DNA from: Opitutales bacterium
GTDB taxonomy: Bacteria > Verrucomicrobiota > Verrucomicrobiia > Opitutales > JABSRG01
DNA: 64,000 nucleotides
Assembly: GCA_049599475.1 (NCBI GenBank)
Contig: JBMYOQ010000001.1
Span: 64,001 to 128,000 of the forward strand
Reading direction: 5' to 3'
The position numbers and the translations under genes were made by a program. The stretch's first letter is position 1. Every line of letters starts with the position of its first letter. This document shows, one piece after another, positions 50,494 through 60,225 of the stretch. Below the pieces are notes generated by a model, which saw nothing but the letters and a program-made list of their open reading frames with translations, was not told the DNA's origin and searched no databases.

Positions 50494-51206
50494 GTGAGCC
50501 CAAGACCATCCTTGCTGTTGGCGCGCACCCGGACGACTTAGAGTTTGGCTGCGGTGGCATCCTGTTGAAGTCGGTTGGGGGCGGAGCACGCGTGCATTGC
50601 GTCGTCACTTCGCTTGGAGAGTCTGGCTCCGCTGGGACTCCGGAGCTTCGGAAGGTCGAAGCCCAGGAGGCCGCTCAGATGCTTGGACATGCGTCGGGCC
50701 CGCAGTTTTTGGACTTTGGCGGAGACGGCATGCAAATAGCCAGTAAAGAGAATGTGCTAAAAATCGCGCGTATCATTCGGGAGGTGAAACCGACCCATGT
50801 GTTGGCGCCGACAGTCGTGAAAAATCAACATCCCGACCATGTCGTAGTGGGTGAGGCTGTGCGAGAAGCCTGCCGCCTGGCGCGCTACGGTGGATTGGCA
50901 GTCTTGAAAGATCTCCCAGTTCACCGTGTCGAAGTGTTGGGGTATTACACCATTACTTCATCTGAAGAGCGCCCATCTGGCACGCGGATGTGTATTGATG
51001 TCAGCGAAGTTTTTGATGACTGGCAGAAACTGATGGCCTGCCATCAAACGCAGGTGTCTGCTCGGGGGTATATTGAATTGATCAATGCGCGGGCTCGCCA
51101 ATTGGGCATGGCTGCGGGAGCAGAGTATGCGCAGGAGATTTATCTCAACGATCCTCCGCTAGTAGAAGGTTTCGAAACAATCGAGCGTACTTTGCGTTCG
51201 TTTTAG
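50490..51206 (+). CDS. bshB: PIG-L family deacetylase, BshB-like
   Basis: LAVGAHPDDLEFG, GT..LR..EA, HPDH; adjacent to bshA. Confidence 0.8.
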   Translation: MSEPKTILAVGAHPDDLEFGCGGILLKSVGGGARVHCVVTSLGESGSAGTPELRKVEAQEAAQMLGHASGPQFLDFGGDGMQIASKENVLKIARIIREVKPTHVLAPTVVKNQHPDHVVVGEAVREACRLARYGGLAVLKDLPVHRVEVLGYYTITSSEERPSGTRMCIDVSEVFDDWQKLMACHQTQVSARGYIELINARARQLGMAAGAEYAQEIYLNDPPLVEGFETIERTLRSF

Positions 51207-51209
51207 AGT

Positions 51210-52349
51210 ATGGGTCGGAGCTTGAAAATTGGGGTCGTCTGCTATCCGAGTATCGGAGGTAGTGGTATATTGGCTACGCATCTCGGGTTGCTTTGTGCCA
51301 AGGAAGGGCACGAGGTACATTTTATCTCCTACGAGAAACCGGTGAGGCTCGATGTCGATCACCCCAATATTCATTTTCACTTGGTATCTGTTTCTGAGTA
51401 TTCACTTTTTAAATACTCCGACTACACATTGCCCTTATCTGTTAAAATAGCGGATATCTCTGAAGAGCATGATCTAGATGTTTTACACGTGCACTATGCG
51501 GTTCCCCATGCGACAGCAGCTCTGCTAGCGCGCCAAATGCGCCCGCATACACAACGTCCAGCTATTGTCACGACCTTGCATGGCACGGACACGACTCTCT
51601 TGGGTAAGGATCCGCACTATATGCCCATCATTAAATTTTCGATGGAGCAATCGGATGGGGTGACTACTGTTTCTCAAAGCCTCAAGCAGCAGACTATCGA
51701 TACTTTTGATGTGAAGCATCCGATTGAGGTAATTTATAATTTCTATGATCCAGCGCCTCCCGTTCGGTCTCGAGAAGAGGTGCGTGCTGATTTGGGAGTT
51801 GCTGAGTCAGAATTGATGCTCTTGCACATGTCGAACCTTCGGCCGGTGAAGCGTTTCGAGGATATTCTGCAAGCGTTTGCTTTGGTCGATAGTAGCTTGA
51901 ATTCTAAGCTGGTTGTAGCTGCAGGCGCTGACTCGCGATCGTTCAAAGCCGAAGCCGAGAGGTTGGGCGTTGGAGATCGGGTGATTTTTCGAGAGCATGT
52001 TGTAGCGATCAACGATTATCTGAATGCATGTGATATTGGAGTATATGCTTCTGAGCAGGAAAGCTTTGGATTAAGCATTTTGGAGACGATGTGCTATGGC
52101 CATCCGGTAGTCGCGACGCGAGCCGGGGGCATCCCCGAGGTTGTCGAAGATGGGGCGAGTGGGATTTTGGTCGAAATAGGCGATGTAAATGCTCTGTCGG
52201 CTGCAATGACTCGATTGATCCAAGATGCGGAGCTCAGAGCGTGCTATGGTGAACGCGGTGCGGCCGTGGCGGCATCCAAGTTTTCAGGAGCTCCGGTGAG
52301 GGATCAGTATTTAAAACTCTATTACGAAATGGTGGCGGCTTGTGAATAG
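51210..52349 (+). CDS. bshA: N-acetyl-alpha-D-glucosaminyl L-malate synthase (GT4)
   Basis: KIGVVCYPSIGGSG, LHVHYAVPHA, TTLHGTD, SNLRPVKR, ESFGL. Confidence 0.92.
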   Translation: MGRSLKIGVVCYPSIGGSGILATHLGLLCAKEGHEVHFISYEKPVRLDVDHPNIHFHLVSVSEYSLFKYSDYTLPLSVKIADISEEHDLDVLHVHYAVPHATAALLARQMRPHTQRPAIVTTLHGTDTTLLGKDPHYMPIIKFSMEQSDGVTTVSQSLKQQTIDTFDVKHPIEVIYNFYDPAPPVRSREEVRADLGVAESELMLLHMSNLRPVKRFEDILQAFALVDSSLNSKLVVAAGADSRSFKAEAERLGVGDRVIFREHVVAINDYLNACDIGVYASEQESFGLSILETMCYGHPVVATRAGGIPEVVEDGASGILVEIGDVNALSAAMTRLIQDAELRACYGERGAAVAASKFSGAPVRDQYLKLYYEMVAACE

Positions 52350-53199
52350 GAATCGGCTTTGGTTGTGCATTTTTTGTTGTTTGGTGGCCTGTTTAGGCGC
52401 TTTTGCTGATGCTGGGGATCAAGCATCTGAGAGCGAGGCTGCCTTGGAAAATGCTTACGACACTTTTAGAAAAGCGTCTTTAGCACGGAGAGTGTATCCT
52501 GTGCGGGCCTTAGCAAGGGCTGCTAGAGAAGCAGGGGATGCCGAGGCCTTGGAACAATATACGGAGCTCGAAGTTTCAGAGTATGCGCAACATCGGGCGG
52601 AGCTTACGGATTTTGCATTGTCAGTGCTGAAGGATACAACTGCCTTGGCTGTGAGCGCGAGTCGTTGGAGTGATTATCGATTGGATGATCTGGCGGCAGC
52701 TGTTCAGGCATTCCAGGCGAAGTTTCCTGAACATGAAGATCTGCCCGTACTACTGGATAAAATTGAGAGCTTGAAACGTGTTCGGGTAGGGGCGACTGCC
52801 CCGGCAATCACGGGCAATTCCCCGAGCGGGGAAACTTTGAGCTTGGCCGAATTTAAAGGGAAATACGTTTTGCTCGATTTTTGGGCCGGATGGTGCCCGC
52901 CATGTCGCGTAGAAAACGCCAACTATGTTGAGCTGTATTCAGAATATGGAGGCGATGAGTTTGAGATTTTAGCGATTTCACAGGACCGCCGTCCAGACCA
53001 GTGGAAGCGTGCAATTGCTCAGGATAAGGCGACATGGAAGCACATTTCCGATGTGAAAGGGATGGATAGTTCTCAGGCGAAGGCCTATGCGGTGACCGCT
53101 CTTCCTGCGAGTTTCCTGATCGATCCAGACGGGATAATCATCGCCAAAGATTTGCGTGGCGATGCTTTGGCCGAAAAATTGGCCGAAGTCCTTAAGTGA
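52342..53199 (+). CDS. Exported TlpA/ResA-like thiol-disulfide oxidoreductase
   Basis: Signal peptide; LLDFWAGWCPPC, ALPASFLIDPDG. Confidence 0.9.
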   Translation: MNRNRLWLCIFCCLVACLGAFADAGDQASESEAALENAYDTFRKASLARRVYPVRALARAAREAGDAEALEQYTELEVSEYAQHRAELTDFALSVLKDTTALAVSASRWSDYRLDDLAAAVQAFQAKFPEHEDLPVLLDKIESLKRVRVGATAPAITGNSPSGETLSLAEFKGKYVLLDFWAGWCPPCRVENANYVELYSEYGGDEFEILAISQDRRPDQWKRAIAQDKATWKHISDVKGMDSSQAKAYAVTALPASFLIDPDGIIIAKDLRGDALAEKLAEVLK

Positions 53200-53206
53200 T
53201 CTCCAT

Positions 53207-54106
53207 CTACACCATCTCTTGCAGAATCTGAGGCATTCTGCTGAGTGTGTGTTTTAGGGAGGCGATCGAAAGTTTGGACTCAGTATTGTCGGAGCCGAAA
53301 AGAATTTTCCAGGATGCTAGGCGCGTCCAGCGCTCCTCGGGGACCGGAGTCGTTTTTTCGATGTCGGTGATTCCGGTTGAGCGTAACAAAATGTCGGAGA
53401 TGTGGACTGCGGCCGCAGTCTTGGCGTAGTTGGGGGCGCGTGACGGTGTATTGTGGTAGCGCACGGCTTCGACGATTTCGTCGGCAAGGTTGTGCTTCTG
53501 TAGATAATACGCTCCGACCATAGCATGGTCCCAGCCGCCCAGAAGTTCACGTTCCCGTTTGCAGAATGCGATCGCCGATTCAGCCTCATAATCAATGAGT
53601 TGCTCGAACTCGTAGGGAAAGACGTAAGCCATGACGATTTTGCCCACGTTGTGGACGAGGCCAACGATGTAGTCGGTATCGTCCTCGTAGATCGTGTTGG
53701 TTAGCGAAAGAATCTCGCGGGTAAGTATGGCTGTACCGATACTATGCTGCCAGAGGTTGTCCCAGGATACGCCACTGAATTTTTCATTCAGTTTGTTGAG
53801 CTCCTCAATGACGGGTGTGGCTAGGGTAAGCTCCCGGATTTGGCGTAGTCCGAGATAAAATACAGCTTCCTCAATATTATTTACCTTACGATTTAGCCCA
53901 TAGAAAACTGAGTTTACCAGCTTGAGCAGGCGTGAGGTGAGGGAAGGGTCGCGCCGAATGACCTCAGAGATCTGCGAAGTCACAGAGTCTTCCGCGTTCA
54001 TCAATTCATTGAGCGCCTCGTTAATACTGCTCAGGGACGCAAGGCGGGGACAATTGCCGATTTTGGCAATTATATCCGCGTTAGTCCATTGTTTGACGGC
54101 GCTCAA
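53207..54106 (-). CDS. HDOD-domain signal protein
   Basis: DPSLTSRLLKLVNS, LWQHS, GLVHNVGK, DHAMVG. Confidence 0.88.
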   Translation of the reverse strand: MSAVKQWTNADIIAKIGNCPRLASLSSINEALNELMNAEDSVTSQISEVIRRDPSLTSRLLKLVNSVFYGLNRKVNNIEEAVFYLGLRQIRELTLATPVIEELNKLNEKFSGVSWDNLWQHSIGTAILTREILSLTNTIYEDDTDYIVGLVHNVGKIVMAYVFPYEFEQLIDYEAESAIAFCKRERELLGGWDHAMVGAYYLQKHNLADEIVEAVRYHNTPSRAPNYAKTAAAVHISDILLRSTGITDIEKTTPVPEERWTRLASWKILFGSDNTESKLSIASLKHTLSRMPQILQEMV

Positions 54107-54197
54107 GGCAGGTATTGTTTATAAAGTGAAGCAGCCGAGATCGCTGCCGACGAATCGGGACGCGCTCTCGGCTGCTGTGCAAATGGTAAGGTCTGTG

Positions 54198-55328
54198 TTA
54201 AGCAGAAACAGGTGCGGTCTTGGCTTCTTCGACTGAACTGAAAATCGACCAATCTTTGGATTCTGCGTAGCTTTTGCAGTCTTCAATGAGTTTGTCATTT
54301 CCAGCAATCGTGAGGCTGAGACCGAGGTCTTTGCTCATGTCGTGGGCGGTGATGAGCAGCTTAAGCGCGGACGTATCCAGCTTTGACATCTTGGTTCCAT
54401 CGATCACGACTTTGTTGAGTCCTGCATCTACGGCCGAGGATATCTGTGGCTTGAGATAGCCCGAAATTTCGTTTTGAACATTCGGAGTCAAGTTCTCCGG
54501 TAGATGGATAATGAAGAAGCTTCCATCGTGTTTAAAGTATTTGCCCGAGGTATCGAGGTTGATGGCTTTCGCCAGCTTGTTGTCGAGGTCCTCAAAGTCG
54601 ATTGGCTTGGTAACGATTGCTGAGAAACCGTTTTGCGTCGCCTGTTGCTGTAGATGAGTTTCGCTCTTCACTGCGAGGCCAAAAATCGGGATGTATTTGG
54701 TCTTCATATTGGAGCGCAATATGCGGAACAGTGTAAACGCTGCTTCTTCAGGAAGGCTCAGACTGATCATGATGGCGTCTGGCTTTTTGTTTTGGCAATA
54801 ATCTATGGCCTCTCCAGTTGAGTTGACTCCAGCGACTTGCCAATTTGGTCCATTTAGACCTGATGAGATTTGGTCAATAATAGCTGGCTTGTCGTCCACC
54901 ACTAGGATGAAACACGCGTCGTTGATGCTCTTCTGGCGGCTCTGTTTTTCTTCCTTCGGGCGAAGGTCGATAACGCGGCCTGCTTTCTCGATGAGAGCCT
55001 CCTCTTTGAAAGGCTTTACGACATAATCGCGGATACCGATCTTTGCGATTTTCATGACGTTCTCACGGCCCGCTTCTGCAGTGAGCATGATCACAGGAAT
55101 GCCCTTGAGGTCCGGATCCGATTTCAGCTTGGTGAGCATTTCTACGCCATCCATGACCGGCATGGTAACGTCGAGTAAAATTAGATCAGGCTTCTCCTTT
55201 GCGGCGGCAGCAAGGCCTTCGACTCCGTTACTCCCTTCAACAATATCGACATCAAAGGTTTTGAAGGCCTTCTTAACAATCATACGGACGGCTTTGGAGT
55301 CGTCCACTGTTAGAATTTTGAGTCCCAT
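54198..55328 (-). CDS. Response regulator (REC, degenerate REC, STAS-like)
   Basis: VDDS..LLDVTMP..KPF; second REC without the Asp (IMISLSLP); C-terminal VVIDG...LDTSAL. Confidence 0.82.
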   Translation of the reverse strand: MGLKILTVDDSKAVRMIVKKAFKTFDVDIVEGSNGVEGLAAAAKEKPDLILLDVTMPVMDGVEMLTKLKSDPDLKGIPVIMLTAEAGRENVMKIAKIGIRDYVVKPFKEEALIEKAGRVIDLRPKEEKQSRQKSINDACFILVVDDKPAIIDQISSGLNGPNWQVAGVNSTGEAIDYCQNKKPDAIMISLSLPEEAAFTLFRILRSNMKTKYIPIFGLAVKSETHLQQQATQNGFSAIVTKPIDFEDLDNKLAKAINLDTSGKYFKHDGSFFIIHLPENLTPNVQNEISGYLKPQISSAVDAGLNKVVIDGTKMSKLDTSALKLLITAHDMSKDLGLSLTIAGNDKLIEDCKSYAESKDWSIFSSVEEAKTAPVSA

Positions 55329-55340
55329 TATAGTCTCTCC

Positions 55341-55880
55341 TTATTTATCAGCAGGTTTCATCAAAAGGTCGCAAGTGAGCACATCGCCCATTGCTTTAAA
55401 TTGGAAAACGCGTCGCATGACCTCTGAGGTCGTTTCGACGCTGAATTGAGATCCCCTTAAAATCGAAGGGATCGTGAGGCGACAGTTGTATCCTATGTCG
55501 CAAAGTCCGTTTTTGAATGTGCCAGCGATCATGTTGGCCATTTCGCCGAGGGCGTCATTTACAGTGCTGTCGGGCTCTTCGTCGAGCTCGTCTGGTTCCA
55601 TTCCTAAGAAGTTACATGTGACGTCGCGGGCTAGGCTATCGTGCATGTATAGGTAAAGCACGCCGTTTAGGCTCCCGATGAAGCCGACCATACTGACGAC
55701 CGCTGAGTCGCTAGTCACCGGGGCTTCCCTGCCTTCGCCCTCTCCATTTGTGGGTTTTACCATCCAAGATTCTTGGTAGCTGATGTGGCAGCCCGGCAGC
55801 ATCGTCTCGAAAAATTTGTCAACAGCACCCTGGACCATAGTGTCCAGTGTTTCAGGTGAAAAGGGTATCAGTGTATCCAT
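55341..55880 (-). CDS. cheX: CheX-family phosphatase
   Basis: DALGEMANMIAG (ExxN motif), LTIPSILRG. Confidence 0.85.
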   Translation of the reverse strand: MDTLIPFSPETLDTMVQGAVDKFFETMLPGCHISYQESWMVKPTNGEGEGREAPVTSDSAVVSMVGFIGSLNGVLYLYMHDSLARDVTCNFLGMEPDELDEEPDSTVNDALGEMANMIAGTFKNGLCDIGYNCRLTIPSILRGSQFSVETTSEVMRRVFQFKAMGDVLTCDLLMKPADK

Positions 55881-56006
55881 GATGTCGTGTGTGAAGTTAG
55901 CCAGTCTGCCTGGGGTTTCGGCGACTTGATGTGCCCCGTTGTTTGAGTGTAATTCGTCTCAGGTAGGGGTGTTCTTGATCGATAATTATAAGTTATTTGC
56001 GTTATT

Positions 56007-56867
56007 TCACAGCTCTGGAGCTGCTACCTTCCTATTAGGAATTAAAGATCCTTTCACCTCTTGGACGATGTCGTGTGCTTCAAGGATCAGTTCTTGCATC
56101 TCTAGATCATCGAATTCGAAGAACTTTAATGCGTCTTGTGAGCCGAAAATGGCCCAGGCATCGCGCCCATAGTTAAGACCGATGTTTGCGATTACGAAGT
56201 TTGCCAGGTAGATGAGATGGGCCATACTCTCGTGAGATTCGGCTTTCTCCGGGAAATACTGATGTGTCACCGGGAGAGTGATATCTTCGGGGAAGCTCCA
56301 GCTCTCTAGAAGGGTGCCTGCGAGCATGGCATGATTGAATCCAAGGATCGCTTCTTCGGCTTCTATCAAAGTCATATCTCGCTTGCTCTGCATATCGAAG
56401 ACTTGCTCGTAAGTGCCTTGGATTTTTTCGTTTATGACGAGTTTGCCCATGGAATGTAGGAGACCGACGGTGTATGCGGTATCTGCTTCTTCATCGAGGC
56501 GTTTTGCGAGGCTCTCCATGACGAGACCGGTAGCCACTGAGTTTTCCCAGAGTTCGCCGTCGTCGATGCTGAAATGCTCTACAGGTTTGTTTAAAGATTC
56601 TTTGCCACAGATGGTCGCGACTATCTTGTAGACTTCGCGTTGGCCGAGTCTGTTTACGGCTGCCTCAAGGCTTCCGGTGGTGAGTCCGTAGTAGCCTGAG
56701 TTACAAATTTTCAGCACCTGAGCCGAGAGTGAGGCATCGAGCTTGATGAGCGCGATTACGTCATCGAGGGTGGCGTTATCGTCTCTCAAGAGATCCATCA
56801 ACTGTGGAAGGATCTGGAGTGCTGGGGAAATCGAATCGATATCCTTGATTAGATCTTCGATTTTCAT
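56007..56867 (-). CDS. HDOD-domain signal protein
   Basis: DASLSAQVLKICNS, AVNRLG, GLLHSMGK, LESWSFP. Confidence 0.88.
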   Translation of the reverse strand: MKIEDLIKDIDSISPALQILPQLMDLLRDDNATLDDVIALIKLDASLSAQVLKICNSGYYGLTTGSLEAAVNRLGQREVYKIVATICGKESLNKPVEHFSIDDGELWENSVATGLVMESLAKRLDEEADTAYTVGLLHSMGKLVINEKIQGTYEQVFDMQSKRDMTLIEAEEAILGFNHAMLAGTLLESWSFPEDITLPVTHQYFPEKAESHESMAHLIYLANFVIANIGLNYGRDAWAIFGSQDALKFFEFDDLEMQELILEAHDIVQEVKGSLIPNRKVAAPEL

Positions 56868-57385
56868 AACAGGCTGTATTTCTTTGATTGGTTTGGCATC
56901 TTCAATTTTACGGTTCCGTCTTTCATTGACAGATGCACAGTGCGGTTGTTGAGACCGCCAACGTTTTCGGCTTGGATCTTGAGGCCCAATTTATCCAAAT
57001 AATTTCGGATAGCATCCTCATTGCGTGCGCCAATTTTGAAGAAGTCGCTTTTCTGGATTACCGAGGCCCCTCCCGCGATCATGATTTTGAGTGAGGGTAA
57101 CTTGGCTCCGAGTCCTTCGAGCTCGCTGAAGAAATATTTGCATCCGGTGTCGCAAAACATCGAGGGGCGACCGCGTGCCTTCTCGGAGGAAAGGGACGAA
57201 TCCGGCAGCATAAAGTGGAGGATCCCGCCAACATACGTGGAGGGGTCGAATGCGATCACGCCGATGCATGATCCTAAAGCGTAGGTACTAATAATTTGGC
57301 TTCTATTATTAGAAGCTGCCATATCGCCGACGCCTACGACGATATGTTCAGTAAATATTCCGACTAGTGATGGAGCGCCTGACAC
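56864..57385 (-). CDS. cheD: Chemoreceptor glutamine deamidase
   Basis: LGSCIG, HFMLP, AGGA, IGARN, VGG...RT. Confidence 0.92.
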   Translation of the reverse strand: MSGAPSLVGIFTEHIVVGVGDMAASNNRSQIISTYALGSCIGVIAFDPSTYVGGILHFMLPDSSLSSEKARGRPSMFCDTGCKYFFSELEGLGAKLPSLKIMIAGGASVIQKSDFFKIGARNEDAIRNYLDKLGLKIQAENVGGLNNRTVHLSMKDGTVKLKMPNQSKKYSLL

Positions 57386-57465
57386 GTTTGTCTGAAAGTT
57401 TGGGTTAAAATCTGTGGTTTAGGAGGGCCGGGCTTTCGCGGAGGAGAGTTTGGTTTTGAAAGAAA

Positions 57466-57936
57466 TTATAGGCCCGATACTGCGGGAGTCGGGCGGTTTA
57501 GGTGCTCCTGGATTTGTTGGAGCAGTTGGACTTTCTGATAAATCGGAGCGTCTTGAGCGATCTGCATCGATTTTCCTTCTAAGTCTGTAATTTTAAAAGA
57601 TTGTTGGCCGGAAGGGTCGGTGTGAGGTGTGATGGTCCACTCTCCGCTGGAGAGGGGTGCGCGTTCTCCATTGAGTCCCTTTTGGTCCTGAAGAATCTCA
57701 AGTTTGAGGTTTTGAGATATTTCCAGAAGCTGGCTGTCGTTGATTTTAGGGTTCAGCTCGAAAATTTCTTGGATGCTTTTGGCGTCTTTTATCCCCTGTT
57801 CATTCAGAATTTCTGAGAATGGGGTGACTTTCTGATTGGGGTCTGCCTTGGCCGCTGGTTGTGGTTGCGCAGTGGCTTCGCCGAGAATGGAGCGTCCGGC
57901 GCTTACGAGAATATTTGCGATTAGGCCATGCATCAT
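57466..57936 (-). CDS. Hypothetical protein
   Basis: 156-aa ORF that fills the gap between cheW and cheD on the same strand; no motif recognised. Confidence 0.6.
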   Translation of the reverse strand: MMHGLIANILVSAGRSILGEATAQPQPAAKADPNQKVTPFSEILNEQGIKDAKSIQEIFELNPKINDSQLLEISQNLKLEILQDQKGLNGERAPLSSGEWTITPHTDPSGQQSFKITDLEGKSMQIAQDAPIYQKVQLLQQIQEHLNRPTPAVSGL

Positions 57937-57948
57937 AATCTTGGGGAG

Positions 57949-58449
57949 TTAGAAGCTCTCCTCTACGACCACCTTATCGATATCTAGGAGAGAGATTAGA
58001 TTGCCCTTGGTCTTGGCTAGGCCGATGACGTGGGCAGTTGTTTGCGAGTTTCCGACGCTTGGATCGGATTCAAAATCGTCTTCTTGGATGCGCATCACTT
58101 CGTCCACCGCATCTACAATGAGTCCGGCAGTGGATTCCTGGCGTTCATGATCTTCAACCATGACCACGACGATGCAGGTGCGCTCGTCGAATGTGTCCTC
58201 GCCGATTGCAAACTTGAGACGCATGTCGATGACAGGAATTACCTTTCCGCGAAGGTTCATTATGCCCTTAACGTATTCTGGGCGATGGGGCACGGGGGTG
58301 ATCGGTTGCATCCGAATGATCTCGCGGATGTGATTCACTGAGATCCCATACATCTCGGCTCCGAGGTGGAAACTCAGGTATTTTCCCGGTTGAAAGGTTT
58401 TGGTGGTCGGTGTCTGTGAAACAGAGGGATCTTCGAGCGTAGCTGACAT
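57949..58449 (-). CDS. cheW: Chemotaxis coupling protein
   Basis: ITPVP..PEYVKGIMNLRGKVIPVIDMR, GLIVDAVDEV. Confidence 0.93.
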   Translation of the reverse strand: MSATLEDPSVSQTPTTKTFQPGKYLSFHLGAEMYGISVNHIREIIRMQPITPVPHRPEYVKGIMNLRGKVIPVIDMRLKFAIGEDTFDERTCIVVVMVEDHERQESTAGLIVDAVDEVMRIQEDDFESDPSVGNSQTTAHVIGLAKTKGNLISLLDIDKVVVEESF

Positions 58450-58586
58450 GATAGAATACTCTAAAATTAAAGTGTTTCCTGAAAGTCGGTGAGAGATGCC
58501 CGGTCTTTATTCGCTTTTGCCGAAAATTGAGCCCTCTTTACGCACTGTTTCTTGCTTATTGGGAGCAGACGATCAGAGTGCGCCCT

Positions 58587-59135
58587 ATGGCTAAGACCTT
58601 AGAAGAGATCTCGGACGAACTGAAGGCTTGGGTGCTGCGACAGCCGATGTTTTTTGTGGCTTCCGCACCTCTCGATACTTCAGGGCTGGTAAACTGTTCT
58701 CCCAAAGGCTTGAATTCGCTGCGAGTTCTGGGGCCAAAGAGGGTTGCTTACCTTGATTTAACGGGTAGCGGAGCTGAGACAGCGGCTCATGTCCGGGAAA
58801 ATGGACGCCTTGTTATCATGCTTAACGCCTTTAGTGGCCCTCCTCGAATTGTGCGTTTTCATGGGAAGGCACGTGTCGTGTTCCCAGGGGATTCTGAATG
58901 GGAGGAACTGTTTGCTCAGTTTGACCCTATTGCTGGGGCCCGAGCCATCTTCGTCCTAGATGCCGAGCGGATATCCGATAGCTGCGGATTCGCTGTGCCG
59001 GAGATGGAATACAAGGGTCAGCGAGATACCTTGGTCAAATGGGCCGAGCGCAAAGGCGATGAGGGTGTCCAGCGTTATCAAGCAGAGAAAAATGGGGAGA
59101 GCCTCGATGGTCTGCCTGCCGTTCCCAAGGGGTAA
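58587..59135 (+). CDS. Pyridoxamine 5'-phosphate oxidase-like FMN-binding protein
   Basis: MFFVASAP, VNCSPKG, YLDLTGSG.ET.AH..ENGR, SCGFAVP. Confidence 0.85.
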   Translation: MAKTLEEISDELKAWVLRQPMFFVASAPLDTSGLVNCSPKGLNSLRVLGPKRVAYLDLTGSGAETAAHVRENGRLVIMLNAFSGPPRIVRFHGKARVVFPGDSEWEELFAQFDPIAGARAIFVLDAERISDSCGFAVPEMEYKGQRDTLVKWAERKGDEGVQRYQAEKNGESLDGLPAVPKG

Positions 59136-59214
59136 TGCCGATACATTGCGCTCCTGAGCGTGTTTAGTAAATTCATTGTTGATACCTGCTTCTCAAGAAT
59201 AGAGCGTTCAGCCC

Positions 59215-60225
59215 ATGAAAGTGCTGATTTCTGGATCTATGAAAGAGACTGACTCTGCGAGTCGGGAGGCCTTCGAGACGACGTGTCGCGAAATCGGTCG
59301 CGTGCTTGCGGCTCAGAAAGCGGAAATCATAGTAGGAAATGACAAAGATTCGAATGCGGATCGGTACGTCTGTGAGGGATACTGCGAGTCGGCAAGCTTT
59401 GCTGGTTTGCACATCATCACCTCCGAGGTCTCAAATGTGCCCTTTCAGCAATATTCTGAGAAATCGAGGGTGTTCACTGATATCCGTAAGGGCTCTTGGG
59501 CTGCTATCCGTGTGCAGCAGGTTATGGAATGCGATATTGTTTTGGTGATTGCTGGAGGCATGGGAACAACCTTGGTCGCTCAGACAGCCGTGGCTTTGGA
59601 GAAACCGTGCCTCGCGCTTCCAGGTCTGGGGGGAGCTAGCGGTGAATTATTTGAAGAACTGGAGAAAGAGTATAAGGAGGTCTTTCAGTTGAGCCCAGTG
59701 TTGCAGTCGCTGCGTGGGGCGTGGAACGGTAACTCCGCGGAGACGGTTCACAGAGGGTTACAGATCTTAGTTCAACACAATCCGTTTGCCCGGGATCAGT
59801 TAAAATCGAGCGCGATCTTCCTCGGTTTGACGGTGTTGTTCCTGATCGTCTGGGTCTTAATGCACATTATTGATACGGGGCATTACCTGTTTAACATCTT
59901 GGCCATGATGTCTGTCTCGGTGCTTTTGGGAACCATCCTCAACTTCGGGATGCGCCGCTATCACAACGCAGGAATCAAATTCTCATTTGGGGCATTTTTA
60001 AATCATGCGACCATCTCCATTGTCCTCGGATTTGGATTCACGCTCTTATTTTTGATTGGGGGACTTGGGATAAATGGAGATTTGACCTTCCTAGAAAGTT
60101 TGGATGAGCAGGGGAAAATCAGAGTAGGTGTCTTGATGTCTACCTTTGGGCTCGCCTCTGGGTTTCTATTAGAAGCCTCCGTCAAGCGTTTGCGTAGCTT
60201 GCTTCAAGGGCAATTGGGGAGCTAG
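59215..60225 (+). CDS. SLOG (LOG/DprA-like Rossmann) domain plus four TM helices
   Basis: VLISGS..CREIGRVLA..IIVG, R...VMECDIVLVIAGGMGT, KP.LALPGLGGAS; four C-terminal hydrophobic helices. Confidence 0.65.
   Translation: MKVLISGSMKETDSASREAFETTCREIGRVLAAQKAEIIVGNDKDSNADRYVCEGYCESASFAGLHIITSEVSNVPFQQYSEKSRVFTDIRKGSWAAIRVQQVMECDIVLVIAGGMGTTLVAQTAVALEKPCLALPGLGGASGELFEELEKEYKEVFQLSPVLQSLRGAWNGNSAETVHRGLQILVQHNPFARDQLKSSAIFLGLTVLFLIVWVLMHIIDTGHYLFNILAMMSVSVLLGTILNFGMRRYHNAGIKFSFGAFLNHATISIVLGFGFTLLFLIGGLGINGDLTFLESLDEQGKIRVGVLMSTFGLASGFLLEASVKRLRSLLQGQLGS

Noticed and set aside
55881..56006. c-di-GMP riboswitch upstream of cheX
   Set aside because: No GEMM consensus seen; only weak pairing.
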